From: Verrucomicrobiota bacterium
Lineage (GTDB): Bacteria; Verrucomicrobiota; Verrucomicrobiia; Limisphaerales; JAKPVM01
Direction: 5' to 3'
NCBI GenBank assembly: GCA_039793825.1
Contig: JBAMMJ010000152.1
Coordinates: forward strand, 1 to 32,898
DNA length: 32,898 nucleotides
Numbering within the stretch: position 1 is the first letter of the stretch; every line of letters starts with the position of its first letter. Shown here in pieces: positions 1-8,579 of this stretch. The translations under genes were made by a program, and so were the position numbers. The notes under the pieces are model-generated. The model saw nothing but the letters and a program-made list of their open reading frames with translations, searched no databases and was not told the DNA's origin.

Positions 1-514
1 GGTCAGCTGGACGGGGTTGATCCTTCCTGCTTATAAGAATCTTTTCATCGGTATCAAATGAGAATTTTTCTGTGGCAACAAGATTTGTTACATATTTAAC
101 AAATTGCTCGTATCGTTTCAGGAGCCGATTGAAAATGATTTTCCCCGGCGAGACATCGCCATATCTTATGAGCATATCATCAAGCCTTGTGCGCCAGACG
201 TCAAATTCCTCTTCATCAGATTTCAGAAAAATCATTCGCGCCGGGTCCAGCGCATCAAGATATCTGTCCAGGAACTTTGAAGAAACTGTGTCGTTAAAAG
301 GTTGCTGGCTATAATGCGTTCGCTCAAGCAAACCAACCACGAGCCGCGCTATCCTTGCCTCTTCAAGTGTGGTTTTTGTATCTAAATAGGATATTTCGTC
401 GGATTTATTCGTGGAACTGCCACCGTCCGGCGCTGCCGATTGAGCGGCAAGTGGGAGATTCAAAAACGCTATTTCCAGCGCTACGGCGACCGTTATCAAA
501 ATTAACTTTCTCAT
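1..514 (-). CDS. C-terminal processing (tail-specific, Prc/Tsp-like) protease, N-terminal part; the gene runs off the left edge of the window
   Basis: This ORF is not in the supplied track because it is open to the edge. I translated the reverse complement by hand from the ATG at complement 512-514. It reads MRKLILITVAVALEIAFLNLPLAAQSAAPDGG (a signal peptide), then ...LLERTHYSQQPFNDTVSSKFLDRYLDALDPARMIFLKSDEEEF..., with no stop codon down to position 2. That segment resembles the N-terminal domain of tail-specific proteases. Confidence 0.6.
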   Translation of the reverse strand, partial: MRKLILITVAVALEIAFLNLPLAAQSAAPDGGSSTNKSDEISYLDTKTTLEEARIARLVVGLLERTHYSQQPFNDTVSSKFLDRYLDALDPARMIFLKSDEEEFDVWRTRLDDMLIRYGDVSPGKIIFNRLLKRYEQFVKYVTNLVATEKFSFDTDEKILISRKDQPRPAD

Positions 515-653
515 TGCCTTAAATATTTCAATTTATTATTTAACAATCAAAATAGCATATATGTTTCAATCTATCATTCAAAATTTAAAGCCAGTTTTAT
601 GCCATATACAACTATACAAAAAATTACACCAACAAATCACTTTTGTTGACAAA

Positions 654-1562
654 CTAAATTTTACCCTTTCCAGACAATACAAATTCAATCTGAGATTTAT
701 AGCCTTCTCTAAATGTCGGGTATTTAAATTGATAACCGAGTTTTTCCTTAATCTTGCGGTTTGAAACCCGTTTATTTGAGGTATTAATTCTGGCAGACGC
801 AGATTGTAAATATTGACTTTCCATCGGGATTGATCTGGGCATCGGTTTTTTTAATGTCTCAGCTAGCCAAGTGTAAAAATCTATCTCCCGTACAGGTTCA
901 TCATCAACAACATTGTAAACCTCCCCCGGTTCTCCCTTTTCTAAAGCGGCAATTATAGCCCCAACCGCATCATCAACGTGAAGCATATTTAAATATCGGT
1001 TCCCATCGCCGCGCAACACCGCTTCTCCGTTTACAAATTGCTTAAAATAATATCCACGTCCATCTCCGTATAGTCCAGCTAACCTTAATACAACTATTGG
1101 CAATTTATAAGCCGTATACATCCTTGATAATAGTTCCTCAGTCATAACAAGGATTTTTCCCGTATCTGTATTAGAAAATATAGGGGACTCTTCGGTTACA
1201 GTAGAACCATCGTTTTGCCCGTACACACCAGTACTGCTGGTGAAAACATATTTTTTAATCATCCTTCCCTTCAACCAGTTTAGCAAATTCGCATTACCCT
1301 GATAGTAAACGGCAATATAGTTTTGAACCGATGAGTGGTTCGGTGCCGCGCAATTTACTACCCAGTCAAATTCAAATCCTTTCAAGGCTTCAAATTGAGA
1401 TGAATCGCTAATGTCAAGTTGAACAGCGATAATATTATGCGCTTCAAGAACTACAAGTTTTTCCGGTGATTTACTTGTTCCGACAACCTGATGCCCGCGT
1501 TCAATTAGCTCCTTTGCAAGCCTCAACCCAACAAAACCGCACCCAATAATCAATGTTCGCAT
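654..1562 (-). CDS. NAD(P)-dependent epimerase/dehydratase (extended SDR family)
   Basis: The N-terminus carries a Rossmann motif, MRTLIIGCGFVGLRLAKEL. A YxxxK-type catalytic motif is present (MYTAYK). The track ORF starts at a GTG at 1619. The ATG at 1562 puts the GxGxxG motif at the N-terminus, so I prefer it. Confidence 0.8.
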   Translation of the reverse strand: MRTLIIGCGFVGLRLAKELIERGHQVVGTSKSPEKLVVLEAHNIIAVQLDISDSSQFEALKGFEFDWVVNCAAPNHSSVQNYIAVYYQGNANLLNWLKGRMIKKYVFTSSTGVYGQNDGSTVTEESPIFSNTDTGKILVMTEELLSRMYTAYKLPIVVLRLAGLYGDGRGYYFKQFVNGEAVLRGDGNRYLNMLHVDDAVGAIIAALEKGEPGEVYNVVDDEPVREIDFYTWLAETLKKPMPRSIPMESQYLQSASARINTSNKRVSNRKIKEKLGYQFKYPTFREGYKSQIEFVLSGKGKI

Positions 1563-2033
1563 ATCGCTGTAAAAAGATTTCTGACCAATCTTGCCGCATT
1601 TTTTTATCAACAATCCCACTCAATCCCACAAGAACAATTTAAATTACACGGATTAATCTGTCCAAAAAATTATCAGACAAACCCCTTAATATTCCCTGAA
1701 TGATTATAAGACAGTCATCTGACTAAAGAGCTGTGTCAACTAAAGGGCTAAACTCCTTGAATACCTGCCTTGTTCACCACGCTGGACTGCGTTAACAATA
1801 TTTGAAAGGCTAACATTAAATTGCGTCAAGTTGATCACCTAATGCGGCAAAACGACGCATTCAATGTATTCATAACACAACAAATAGAGACAATTTTATT
1901 TCAAGAAAAGTTATTTTTTATAGTCATAACATAGTAATAATGTGGATGTTATAAAATATTTAAAAAATAATGCTTGACATAAAAATGGCTTTTTATGATT
2001 TTAATAAGCAAAATTTTAACCTTATATGACATT

Positions 2034-2049
2034 TGGCATTGGAATTGCT
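2034..2049 (+). promoter_or_regulatory. Putative sigma-54 (-24/-12) promoter of the first pilin-like gene
   Basis: The site reads TGGCAT-tggaa-TTGCT. GG is at 2035-2036 and GC at 2047-2048, giving the exact GG-N10-GC spacing of the consensus TGGCAC-N5-TTGCW. The -12 element lies about 100 nt upstream of the ATG at 2149. Confidence 0.6.
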
Positions 2050-2148
2050 AAAAAATAGGTTAAAGAAACGTAAAGAATAGTTGACAAAAAATAAAAAAGT
2101 TAGCATAGTTCGCGGTTAACAACGTTGAACTTAAAACAGTAGAGAGAT

Positions 2149-2820
2149 ATGAAAAACAATGGTATAAAAAATAATAAGGCGTTCACATTGATTGAACTGC
2201 TCGTGGTTATTGCAATTATTGCAATTCTGGCTGGACTCCTCCTGCCAGCGTTAGCAAAAGCAAAAGCGAAAGCCCAGAGAATTAATTGCGTTAACAACTT
2301 AAAGCAAATAGCGCTTGGTTTTAGACTCTGGTCAAATGATAACGGGGATAAATTCCCGTGGATGGTTGATCCAAATGATGGCGGCGCAAGGGGACAAGCG
2401 ATTGACAGGCAATACCTTGTTGCCACAAATGAGATTGGCACACCAAAGGTTTGCGCTTGCCCAAGTGATCCCAACAGAAGCGCAACAGTTGATTGGAACT
2501 TATTTGTTGGAAATGCAAATAAATATCTAAGCTACTTCTATTCTCCTGAAGCCATTGAAACACAACCACAGATGATTCTGCTGGGCGACAGAAATATCAA
2601 CGGTAGACCAACCAGTATTTCAAGAACCACTGTTAGTGTATCTGGCACTAATCCAAATCCGAAATGGGATGAAACAATGCACGTGAACGCCGGTAACGTT
2701 GCGCTTGCCGATGGCAGCGTCCAACAGGTTAACAATTCGGGACTGGCTCGTCAGTTTGATGCAGCGTTCCAATCAATGTCATCAAGCGCGAGTAACGTAA
2801 TAACAATAGTTTATCCGTAA
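2149..2820 (+). CDS. Prepilin-type N-terminal cleavage/methylation domain protein with a C-terminal H-X9-DG motif (DUF1559-like pseudopilin)
   Basis: The N-terminus is KA|[24 protein letters not shown], a class III signal with Glu at +5. The C-terminus is [22 protein letters not shown], which is H, nine residues, then DG. The protein is 223 aa and starts at an ATG. Confidence 0.9.
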   Translation: MKNNGIKNNKAFTLIELLVVIAIIAILAGLLLPALAKAKAKAQRINCVNNLKQIALGFRLWSNDNGDKFPWMVDPNDGGARGQAIDRQYLVATNEIGTPKVCACPSDPNRSATVDWNLFVGNANKYLSYFYSPEAIETQPQMILLGDRNINGRPTSISRTTVSVSGTNPNPKWDETMHVNAGNVALADGSVQQVNNSGLARQFDAAFQSMSSSASNVITIVYP

Positions 2821-2852
2821 ACTCCATAACCTCCTCCTACTACTGGGTTCAA

Positions 2853-2886
2853 GGCGTCCGAATTTATCGGACGCCTTTTTGTTTTT
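2853..2886 (+). terminator. Rho-independent terminator of the first pilin-like gene
   Basis: A perfect 9-bp GC-rich stem pairs GGCGTCCGA (2853-2861) with TCGGACGCC (2867-2875). The loop is ATTTA. The stem is followed by TTTTTGTTTTT. Confidence 0.85.
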
Positions 2887-2949
2887 AGATGGCTAAAATC
2901 AGAAAAAAATCGTTAAATTTTAAAAAATTTCCACTGACTAACCGATATT

Positions 2950-2965
2950 TGGCACGAATAATGCA
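2950..2965 (+). promoter_or_regulatory. Putative sigma-54 (-24/-12) promoter of the second pilin-like gene
   Basis: The site reads TGGCACG-aataa-TGCA in the context tTGGCACGAATAATGCA. GG is at 2951-2952 and GC at 2963-2964, again with GG-N10-GC spacing. It differs from YTGGCACGrNNNTTGCW at one position only. The -12 element lies about 55 nt upstream of the ATG at 3020. Confidence 0.7.
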
Positions 2966-3019
2966 AAGAAATCAATTGATATTGTTAAATTAACAACCCC
3001 AATAAAAAGACGTAATAAT

Positions 3020-3691
3020 ATGAAAACAAACCGGATAACAAAAAAATCGGCGTTTACGTTAATAGAGTTGTTGGTTGTCATAGCAATTATTGCTATATTG
3101 GCGGGATTGCTACTGCCGGCATTGGCAAAGGCAAAGGCAAAAGCCCAGAGAATTAATTGTGTGAACAACTTAAAGCAGATCGGCTTAGGTTTCAGGTTAT
3201 TTGCCAATGACAATAATGGCAGATTTCCGTGGAGAGTCCCTACAAACGAAGGGGGCTCGCAGGACCCTGCAAACCAACAGACATTTAGACATTTTCTTGC
3301 CGTCACAAATGAAGTTGGCACCCCTAAAGTGCTTGCCTGTCCCAGTGATGCAAATAAATCTCCGGTAACAGACTGGACGAGATTTAATAACAACTACTGC
3401 AGTTATTTTGTAGGATATGAAGCGGATGAAACTTTGCCACAAAGTATGCTCTCCGGCGATAGAAATATCAGAGGGGTGGCAAACAACCAAAATTGTAGTG
3501 CCTGGCAGGGCGCTCAGGCAGGCGCTATAACGGTAAATAGCGAGTGGGATGAAACAATGCACGTCAATGCAGGCAATATTTGTCTGGGAGATGGAAGTGT
3601 GCAACAATTAAATACTCAGGCTCTCAGGAAACAAGCCAAGGCGTCTGACCTTGATAATGGAAATAATCACTCAAGATTTCCAATAGACTAA
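3020..3691 (+). CDS. Prepilin-type N-terminal cleavage/methylation domain protein with H-X9-DG motif; paralog of 2149..2820
   Basis: The N-terminus is SA|[24 protein letters not shown]. The C-terminus is [22 protein letters not shown] (H-X9-DG). It is also exactly 223 aa. Residues 11-54 are identical to those of the upstream paralog. Confidence 0.9.
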   Translation: MKTNRITKKSAFTLIELLVVIAIIAILAGLLLPALAKAKAKAQRINCVNNLKQIGLGFRLFANDNNGRFPWRVPTNEGGSQDPANQQTFRHFLAVTNEVGTPKVLACPSDANKSPVTDWTRFNNNYCSYFVGYEADETLPQSMLSGDRNIRGVANNQNCSAWQGAQAGAITVNSEWDETMHVNAGNICLGDGSVQQLNTQALRKQAKASDLDNGNNHSRFPID

Positions 3692-3724
3692 AGAATAGGA
3701 TAGATGAGTGGTGGGTTAAATGAG

Positions 3725-3761
3725 AAAGGGTAGTCTGAGTGACTACCCTTTATTTTTTTTT
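3725..3761 (+). terminator. Rho-independent terminator of the second pilin-like gene
   Basis: A perfect 11-bp stem pairs AAAGGGTAGTC (3725-3735) with GACTACCCTTT (3741-3751). The loop is TGAGT. A T9 run follows at 3753-3761. Confidence 0.85.
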
Positions 3762-3956
3762 AAAAAAATATTTGCATTTGCCAAAATAATATATTATTTA
3801 TATTAACAAAAGGTCTAACCGTGAGCCGTAAATGAATTAATTCGGGTTCGGCAAAACGGTTTTCCAGATTCAAAATTCACCCGTGAAACGGGTTGTATTC
3901 CAATAAAATAATTGGTTTATTATATATCAAATTAATCTTGGTAATAAGAATAAATT

Positions 3957-5090
3957 ATGAATAATACTAATACTTCAACAATTCCTGAGGTTGGTTCAGG
4001 GTATCTTGAAATATCAGATAAAGGTTTCGGTTTCTTGAGGTCGCCCGAAAACTTCTATGCGCCAAAACCAACTGATATATTCGTAACACCGGACACAATT
4101 AAAAAGAACTATCTTAGGGAAGGTTCGTTTATTACTGGCAAATTACAGCCACCGCATCGCGGAGTGAGTCCGCAGTTAAAAACAATTGAGACCGTTGACG
4201 GAATGCCATTTGAGCAATTTCTCCGCTCAGTGCGGTTTGAAAATCTTACCACCATTGACCCGATTGAAAAATTTAAGCTTGAAACAACCCCTGATTTGAT
4301 TGAGACAAGGATAATAGACCTTGTTACGCCGATCGGCAAAGGGACGCGCGGCTTGATTGTTGCCCCGCCGCGCACGGGAAAGACTACAATTTTGAAGCAG
4401 ATTGCGAACGCAATTACAACAAACCACCCTGAAGTGTATTGTCTTGTGTTGCTGATAGATGAACGCCCCGAAGAGGTAACTGATTTTCAACGCTCTGTCA
4501 AAGCCGAAGTAGTGGCTTCTTCAAACGACCAAGACCTTGAAACCCACGTCAGGTTGTCGCGCTTTATGATTGAGCGTTGCCGCCGGATGGTTGAAACTGG
4601 AAAAGATGTATTCGTTCTTTTGGATTCTATTACCCGCGTGGCTCGCGCATACAATAATGTATTTGGTGGAACAGGCAGAACGATGACAGGCGGTATTGAT
4701 GCCAGGGCGCTTGAAGTACCACGCAGGATGTTTGCTTCGGCAAGAAAAATTGAAGGCGGCGGTTCTCTTACCATCATCGCCACCGCGCTTATTGAAACCG
4801 GATCAAGAATGGATGAACTGATCTTCCAGGAATTTAAAGGGACCGGGAATATGGAACTTGTCCTGGATAGAAAACTTTCAGACAGAAGAATATTTCCGGC
4901 TATTGATATTCCTAAAAGCGGAACCCGAAAAGAAGAAAAACTCTTCCCTAAACATCAAATTGAAGCAGTCAGAAAACTCAGAAGGATGATGGTAGATTTA
5001 AACCCGGTTGAAGCAATGGAGACATTGATTACCGCCTGCAAGAAACACAAAACAAATGATGAATTACTTGCTAAACTTGACAAAGGTTAA
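3957..5090 (+). CDS. rho: Transcription termination factor Rho (short form without the N-terminal helix bundle)
   Basis: The OB/CSD-like RNA-binding motif DKGFGFLRS is present. Walker A is APPRTGKTT. Other Rho hallmarks are LLIDERPEEV, LLDSITRVARAYN, GGSLTIIATALIETGSRMDE, FKGTGNMELVLDR and FPAIDI. Confidence 0.97.
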   Translation: MNNTNTSTIPEVGSGYLEISDKGFGFLRSPENFYAPKPTDIFVTPDTIKKNYLREGSFITGKLQPPHRGVSPQLKTIETVDGMPFEQFLRSVRFENLTTIDPIEKFKLETTPDLIETRIIDLVTPIGKGTRGLIVAPPRTGKTTILKQIANAITTNHPEVYCLVLLIDERPEEVTDFQRSVKAEVVASSNDQDLETHVRLSRFMIERCRRMVETGKDVFVLLDSITRVARAYNNVFGGTGRTMTGGIDARALEVPRRMFASARKIEGGGSLTIIATALIETGSRMDELIFQEFKGTGNMELVLDRKLSDRRIFPAIDIPKSGTRKEEKLFPKHQIEAVRKLRRMMVDLNPVEAMETLITACKKHKTNDELLAKLDKG

Positions 5091-5334
5091 TATTAGCAAA
5101 TCATCATTAATTTAAAATTTCTGACAGCGCCTGAAGATTTGCTAAAATTGTAGTTAAGCTCAAGGCGTGCTAATTTATCTAAATAAACTCAAACCCAACC
5201 AACCACCAATATTCTTGATTATCTATATATTTTTGACTAAATTTCCTATGCTCTCCTATTTAGGAACTTAATTAGGATGAGAGCAACAATAGGTTTTAGA
5301 ACTGCTTATGGGTGCTTAAAATAAAGACAATAAG

Positions 5335-6846
5335 ATGAATCCGTCTTTGATAAAAAACCTTCTGATAATCGGCATTGTGCTTATTATGGCTGTGGTGCTT
5401 GGTTTTTTACTTGCCACAGGCGATTTCACAATGCTGTTTTTGCTTGCATACGCCGCAATTTTTCTCTATGTGCTAATTTTTCCTGGCTATATTCCTCTAA
5501 TTGCGCTCGGTTTATTAAGCCCGTTTGTCCTGCCTATTCCATACATCAGCAACTTTCCGTTTCTTTTAATGATACTGGGGATTTGTTGCATAAAATTCTT
5601 TTTTGAGCATGCATTGAGCGAGAAACCGCGCGCGGTTAAACATTGTTTGACGATGGGCATTGTCCTGTTCTTTGGGTGGGTATTAATGCGCTATTGTATG
5701 AATCCTGTTATGCCGAATGTGCAAGGGTTTGGCGCAAATGTAACGGGTTTCAGGTCTTACCTTAACTATGCGATGTGTTTTATTCTGATCGTTCTTTTGC
5801 CCTATTTCGTAACCGACAGACAGGATGTTAAAAACCTATTAAACTGGATGGCAAAGGTGTCCGTTTTTTTTATCCTGTTGATGACCCCATTTGTGTTTTC
5901 TAAAAGTCCAACTGCCGCTTACTGGATTTCGTTATTCGGAGTGAACGTTAGTTTCTACGACAACGGTTGGTTAAGATTTGTTGCTTTGCCGTCGTTCGGC
6001 GTAGTTTTAATCTCACTTGCGCTAATTCCAAAGGTTGTTGAATGGTCTTTTGAAAAGCGGGCAATAATGCTTGCTCTTGGAATAATGGCAATTTTGCTTG
6101 GTGGCAATAGGGCGAGTTTCGCTCAGATTCTCGCAGTTATACTCGCCATTGAATTATTCAGGCGCTGTTTTATGCGGCTGGCTATTATCAGCACCGCTGT
6201 TGCTATGTTGCTTTTGAGTTTTTATTATATTGGTGAGACAATGGATTTGAGCCGAGGCGTTGGATTTCTGAGAATATTATCCATCGTTAGCCCACGCGTG
6301 GCAGAGGCTTCTGGAGCGGTTGACACATCCGATTGGCGTATGCAAAGATGGCGCCGCGCAACCAGCGAAATTATAGCCAATCCTGTTTTTGGAAAAGGAT
6401 ACGGCGGAGTTGAAAATGCCTGGGTCTTCGCGGATGTTTCTCAATTTGAAGACGCGCGGCTTGAGGTTGATCTTGCCACAGGCGGAATTCATAATGGATA
6501 TATCTCTTGCGCATACTCGCTTGGTCTGCCGGCATTGGTAATATTTATTTTTGTCTTCATTCGCAGAATCTGGGAAAGCTTTGAGTTGTCCGAAAAATTA
6601 AAGGATATAGACCCGGAATTATCCGACCTTCATATCTGGGCGGGGGCAAATTTGATAGGACTTTCTCTTGCAATATATGTCGGAGCGGATTTGAACGCGC
6701 CTATAATCTGGTTTTTTATTTCTCTTGTTGTTTATTTCAAACGAATGGCAGAAAAAGAAAGAGATGTGGAGCAAGCGCTTTTAGCAATGTCTACTTCAAC
6801 TGACGAGCCACCACCGCAGGAACCTGTGAAAAATCCAGCCATTTAG
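5335..6846 (+). CDS. O-antigen ligase / O-antigen polymerase family (Wzy_C-like) polytopic membrane protein
   Basis: The 503-aa protein has more than 10 hydrophobic segments. A periplasmic-loop-like region with GGIHNGYISCAYSLGLPAL matches the H-N-x-Y pattern typical of the Wzy_C/O-antigen ligase family. It sits next to glycosyltransferase genes. Confidence 0.7.
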   Translation: MNPSLIKNLLIIGIVLIMAVVLGFLLATGDFTMLFLLAYAAIFLYVLIFPGYIPLIALGLLSPFVLPIPYISNFPFLLMILGICCIKFFFEHALSEKPRAVKHCLTMGIVLFFGWVLMRYCMNPVMPNVQGFGANVTGFRSYLNYAMCFILIVLLPYFVTDRQDVKNLLNWMAKVSVFFILLMTPFVFSKSPTAAYWISLFGVNVSFYDNGWLRFVALPSFGVVLISLALIPKVVEWSFEKRAIMLALGIMAILLGGNRASFAQILAVILAIELFRRCFMRLAIISTAVAMLLLSFYYIGETMDLSRGVGFLRILSIVSPRVAEASGAVDTSDWRMQRWRRATSEIIANPVFGKGYGGVENAWVFADVSQFEDARLEVDLATGGIHNGYISCAYSLGLPALVIFIFVFIRRIWESFELSEKLKDIDPELSDLHIWAGANLIGLSLAIYVGADLNAPIIWFFISLVVYFKRMAEKERDVEQALLAMSTSTDEPPPQEPVKNPAI

Positions 6847-6867
6847 ACGGATGCCACAATCAAACCA

Positions 6868-7743
6868 TTAACCTACAAAAAAACGCCTCGCCCACGGAAA
6901 TTTATAACAAAATGAATTTATTATTAACCGTGTTTCGGACTTTCCACGCAGTTTTAAAAGACGGTTTGCAGTTCTGAACATCTCTAACCAGTTTCCCTTT
7001 GACAATTTATAGTAAGCCAATTTCGCTCTAAGACCATAAATCTGACAGGCAGATGGCGAAAACAGGGAGCCAAAATCGTTTAGAATAGAAACCATCGCCT
7101 TATAAACGCCTTCTGGATTTGTATTTACTCTTGAACCTGGTTGGGGATAGATATCCATTAGCGGTTCTGGAACATTAAAAACCCGTTCAACCCCAAAATA
7201 TTTTACAAGGCTATAAAACATATAGGCATCTTCGCCTGCATTGAGGTCTTCATTAAATAACAATTCGCAGTTTCTGTGAAAGAGGGTTGCAAAGGCTTGA
7301 ATTTCAAGAAGGAGTTCATCTCCTTTATATTCGGTTTTATCAAGGTGCCTGTACCGAACGCGAGTTCCAAGTTGATATGCCAGTCCGCTAAATCCTATTG
7401 GTAGATTAGATTCCTTAGCCAGTTTAAACTGAAGTTCAAGTTTCTTCTCCCTATAAGCGTCGTCATCATCAAGGTAAGCAATCCATTCACCGTTTGCGAC
7501 TTTTAAACCAAGATTTCGCGCGCGGGCGGCGTTTTTTGGGTTTTCATCAATAACAACCCTAATATTAGATTCTGACAACAAATCTGCGAGCTCAGGGAAA
7601 TTGGCGAGCCGCTTTTGCGGAGGATTATCATCAACTACAATGATTTCAAAATCTCTGAAAGTTTGATGTTTCAAACTCCTGATGGTGCGCGCCAGAAGAC
7701 TATGTCTCAACCGCGTCGGTACTATGACGGAAATTGCAGGCAT
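6868..7743 (-). CDS. Glycosyltransferase family 2
   Basis: The protein carries ISVIVPTRLRHSLLARTIRSLKHQTFRDFEIIVVDDNP and the DxD-type motif YLDDDDAY. The track ORF begins at a TTG at 7779 and overlaps the upstream gene. The ATG at 7743 (MPAISVIVPT) lies 7 nt after the upstream stop, so I prefer it. Confidence 0.85.
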   Translation of the reverse strand: MPAISVIVPTRLRHSLLARTIRSLKHQTFRDFEIIVVDDNPPQKRLANFPELADLLSESNIRVVIDENPKNAARARNLGLKVANGEWIAYLDDDDAYREKKLELQFKLAKESNLPIGFSGLAYQLGTRVRYRHLDKTEYKGDELLLEIQAFATLFHRNCELLFNEDLNAGEDAYMFYSLVKYFGVERVFNVPEPLMDIYPQPGSRVNTNPEGVYKAMVSILNDFGSLFSPSACQIYGLRAKLAYYKLSKGNWLEMFRTANRLLKLRGKSETRLIINSFCYKFPWARRFFVG

Positions 7744-7750
7744 TGACAAA

Positions 7751-8557
7751 TTACATTGGATGTAATGGTTCTTTTCCAAAAATTCGTTTTACAAACCGAA
7801 CACATTTACGTAAAGGTCTTATCCTTCTCAGCCAATCGGTGTAAATATAAAATCTGATTCTAAACTCTGCCCGACATAAATAAGGCTGATTGTATTGTCT
7901 ACGCACTTTTAAAAAAGTTTCAAAATGTTCTTTCATATGGGCGTCCATTATTGAACTTTTTCTTCGCTGATAATAAGCTAGGACATTGTTGATAGGCACG
8001 CATTTATAATAGTGCATTGCCCTCACCAGCCATTCATAATCCATAGCATAGCGAATATTGACATCAAGGAGTCCTACCCTTTCGTAAACTTCTTTGTGGA
8101 CAAAGGTGGAAGCCTGATTAATGCCAGTTCTGGTGCCGAGTAAATCTTTGAGGTTGTAATCCCAGGCCGGATAAATCTGTTCAAGAGTGCCATCATACCG
8201 CAATATTGCAAGTTCTCCGCAAAAAATCTTCACCCCCGGATTTTCCTTCATATATTTGAGAAAGATTTTGCAGGCGTCTTTAGCAAGGAAATCATCGGCG
8301 TTTAACCAGATTATCCATTCGCCCTGCGCCCTTTGTATCCCCTTGTTAACGGCATCTGAAAGCCCTCTGTCAGGCTCGGATATCCATTTGATATCTTTCT
8401 GCTCCCTCAATATATCAAGCGTGCCATCGGTTGAGCCTCCATCAATAACCCAGTGTTCAATCTCGGTGCTATCCAGACCTTGAGAACGAACAGATTCAAT
8501 GTTACGCAGGATAAAATCTCTGCAATTAAGCGACGGCGTTATGACAGAAAAGAGCAT
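7751..8557 (-). CDS. Glycosyltransferase family 2
   Basis: The N-terminus reads MLFSVITPSLNCRDFILRNIESVRSQ...VIDGGSTDGT. The motif WLNADDFL is also present. The gene starts at an ATG. Confidence 0.85.
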   Translation of the reverse strand: MLFSVITPSLNCRDFILRNIESVRSQGLDSTEIEHWVIDGGSTDGTLDILREQKDIKWISEPDRGLSDAVNKGIQRAQGEWIIWLNADDFLAKDACKIFLKYMKENPGVKIFCGELAILRYDGTLEQIYPAWDYNLKDLLGTRTGINQASTFVHKEVYERVGLLDVNIRYAMDYEWLVRAMHYYKCVPINNVLAYYQRRKSSIMDAHMKEHFETFLKVRRQYNQPYLCRAEFRIRFYIYTDWLRRIRPLRKCVRFVKRIFGKEPLHPM

Positions 8558-8579
8558 AATTAATATCCCTACAATCCGT

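Noticed and set aside
617-648. The hairpin CAACAAA-tcact-TTTGTTG sits just downstream of the SDR stop on the minus strand, with a U6 run. I considered it as an intrinsic terminator.
   Set aside because: The stem is only 7 bp and mostly A:U (five A:U and two G:C pairs), and the U-run begins 7 nt after the stem. That is too weak to annotate. It may equally be part of the promoter for the downstream protease gene.
72-764. Track ORFs 72..314 (+) and 561..764 (+).
   Set aside because: ORF 72..314 starts at a GTG and is antisense to the clearly coding Prc-like gene. ORF 561..764 is AT-rich, overlaps the 3' end of the SDR gene on the opposite strand, and has no motif support.
2100-3393. Long antisense ORFs 2100..2474 (124 aa) and 2938..3393 (151 aa) overlap the 5' halves of both pilin-like genes. 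They share the peptide [14 protein letters not shown]....
   Set aside because: They are mirror images of the conserved prepilin N-terminus, whose Ala/Lys/Leu-rich codons lack stops on the antisense strand. The apparent conservation comes from the sense-strand protein. Neither ORF has independent start or RBS context.
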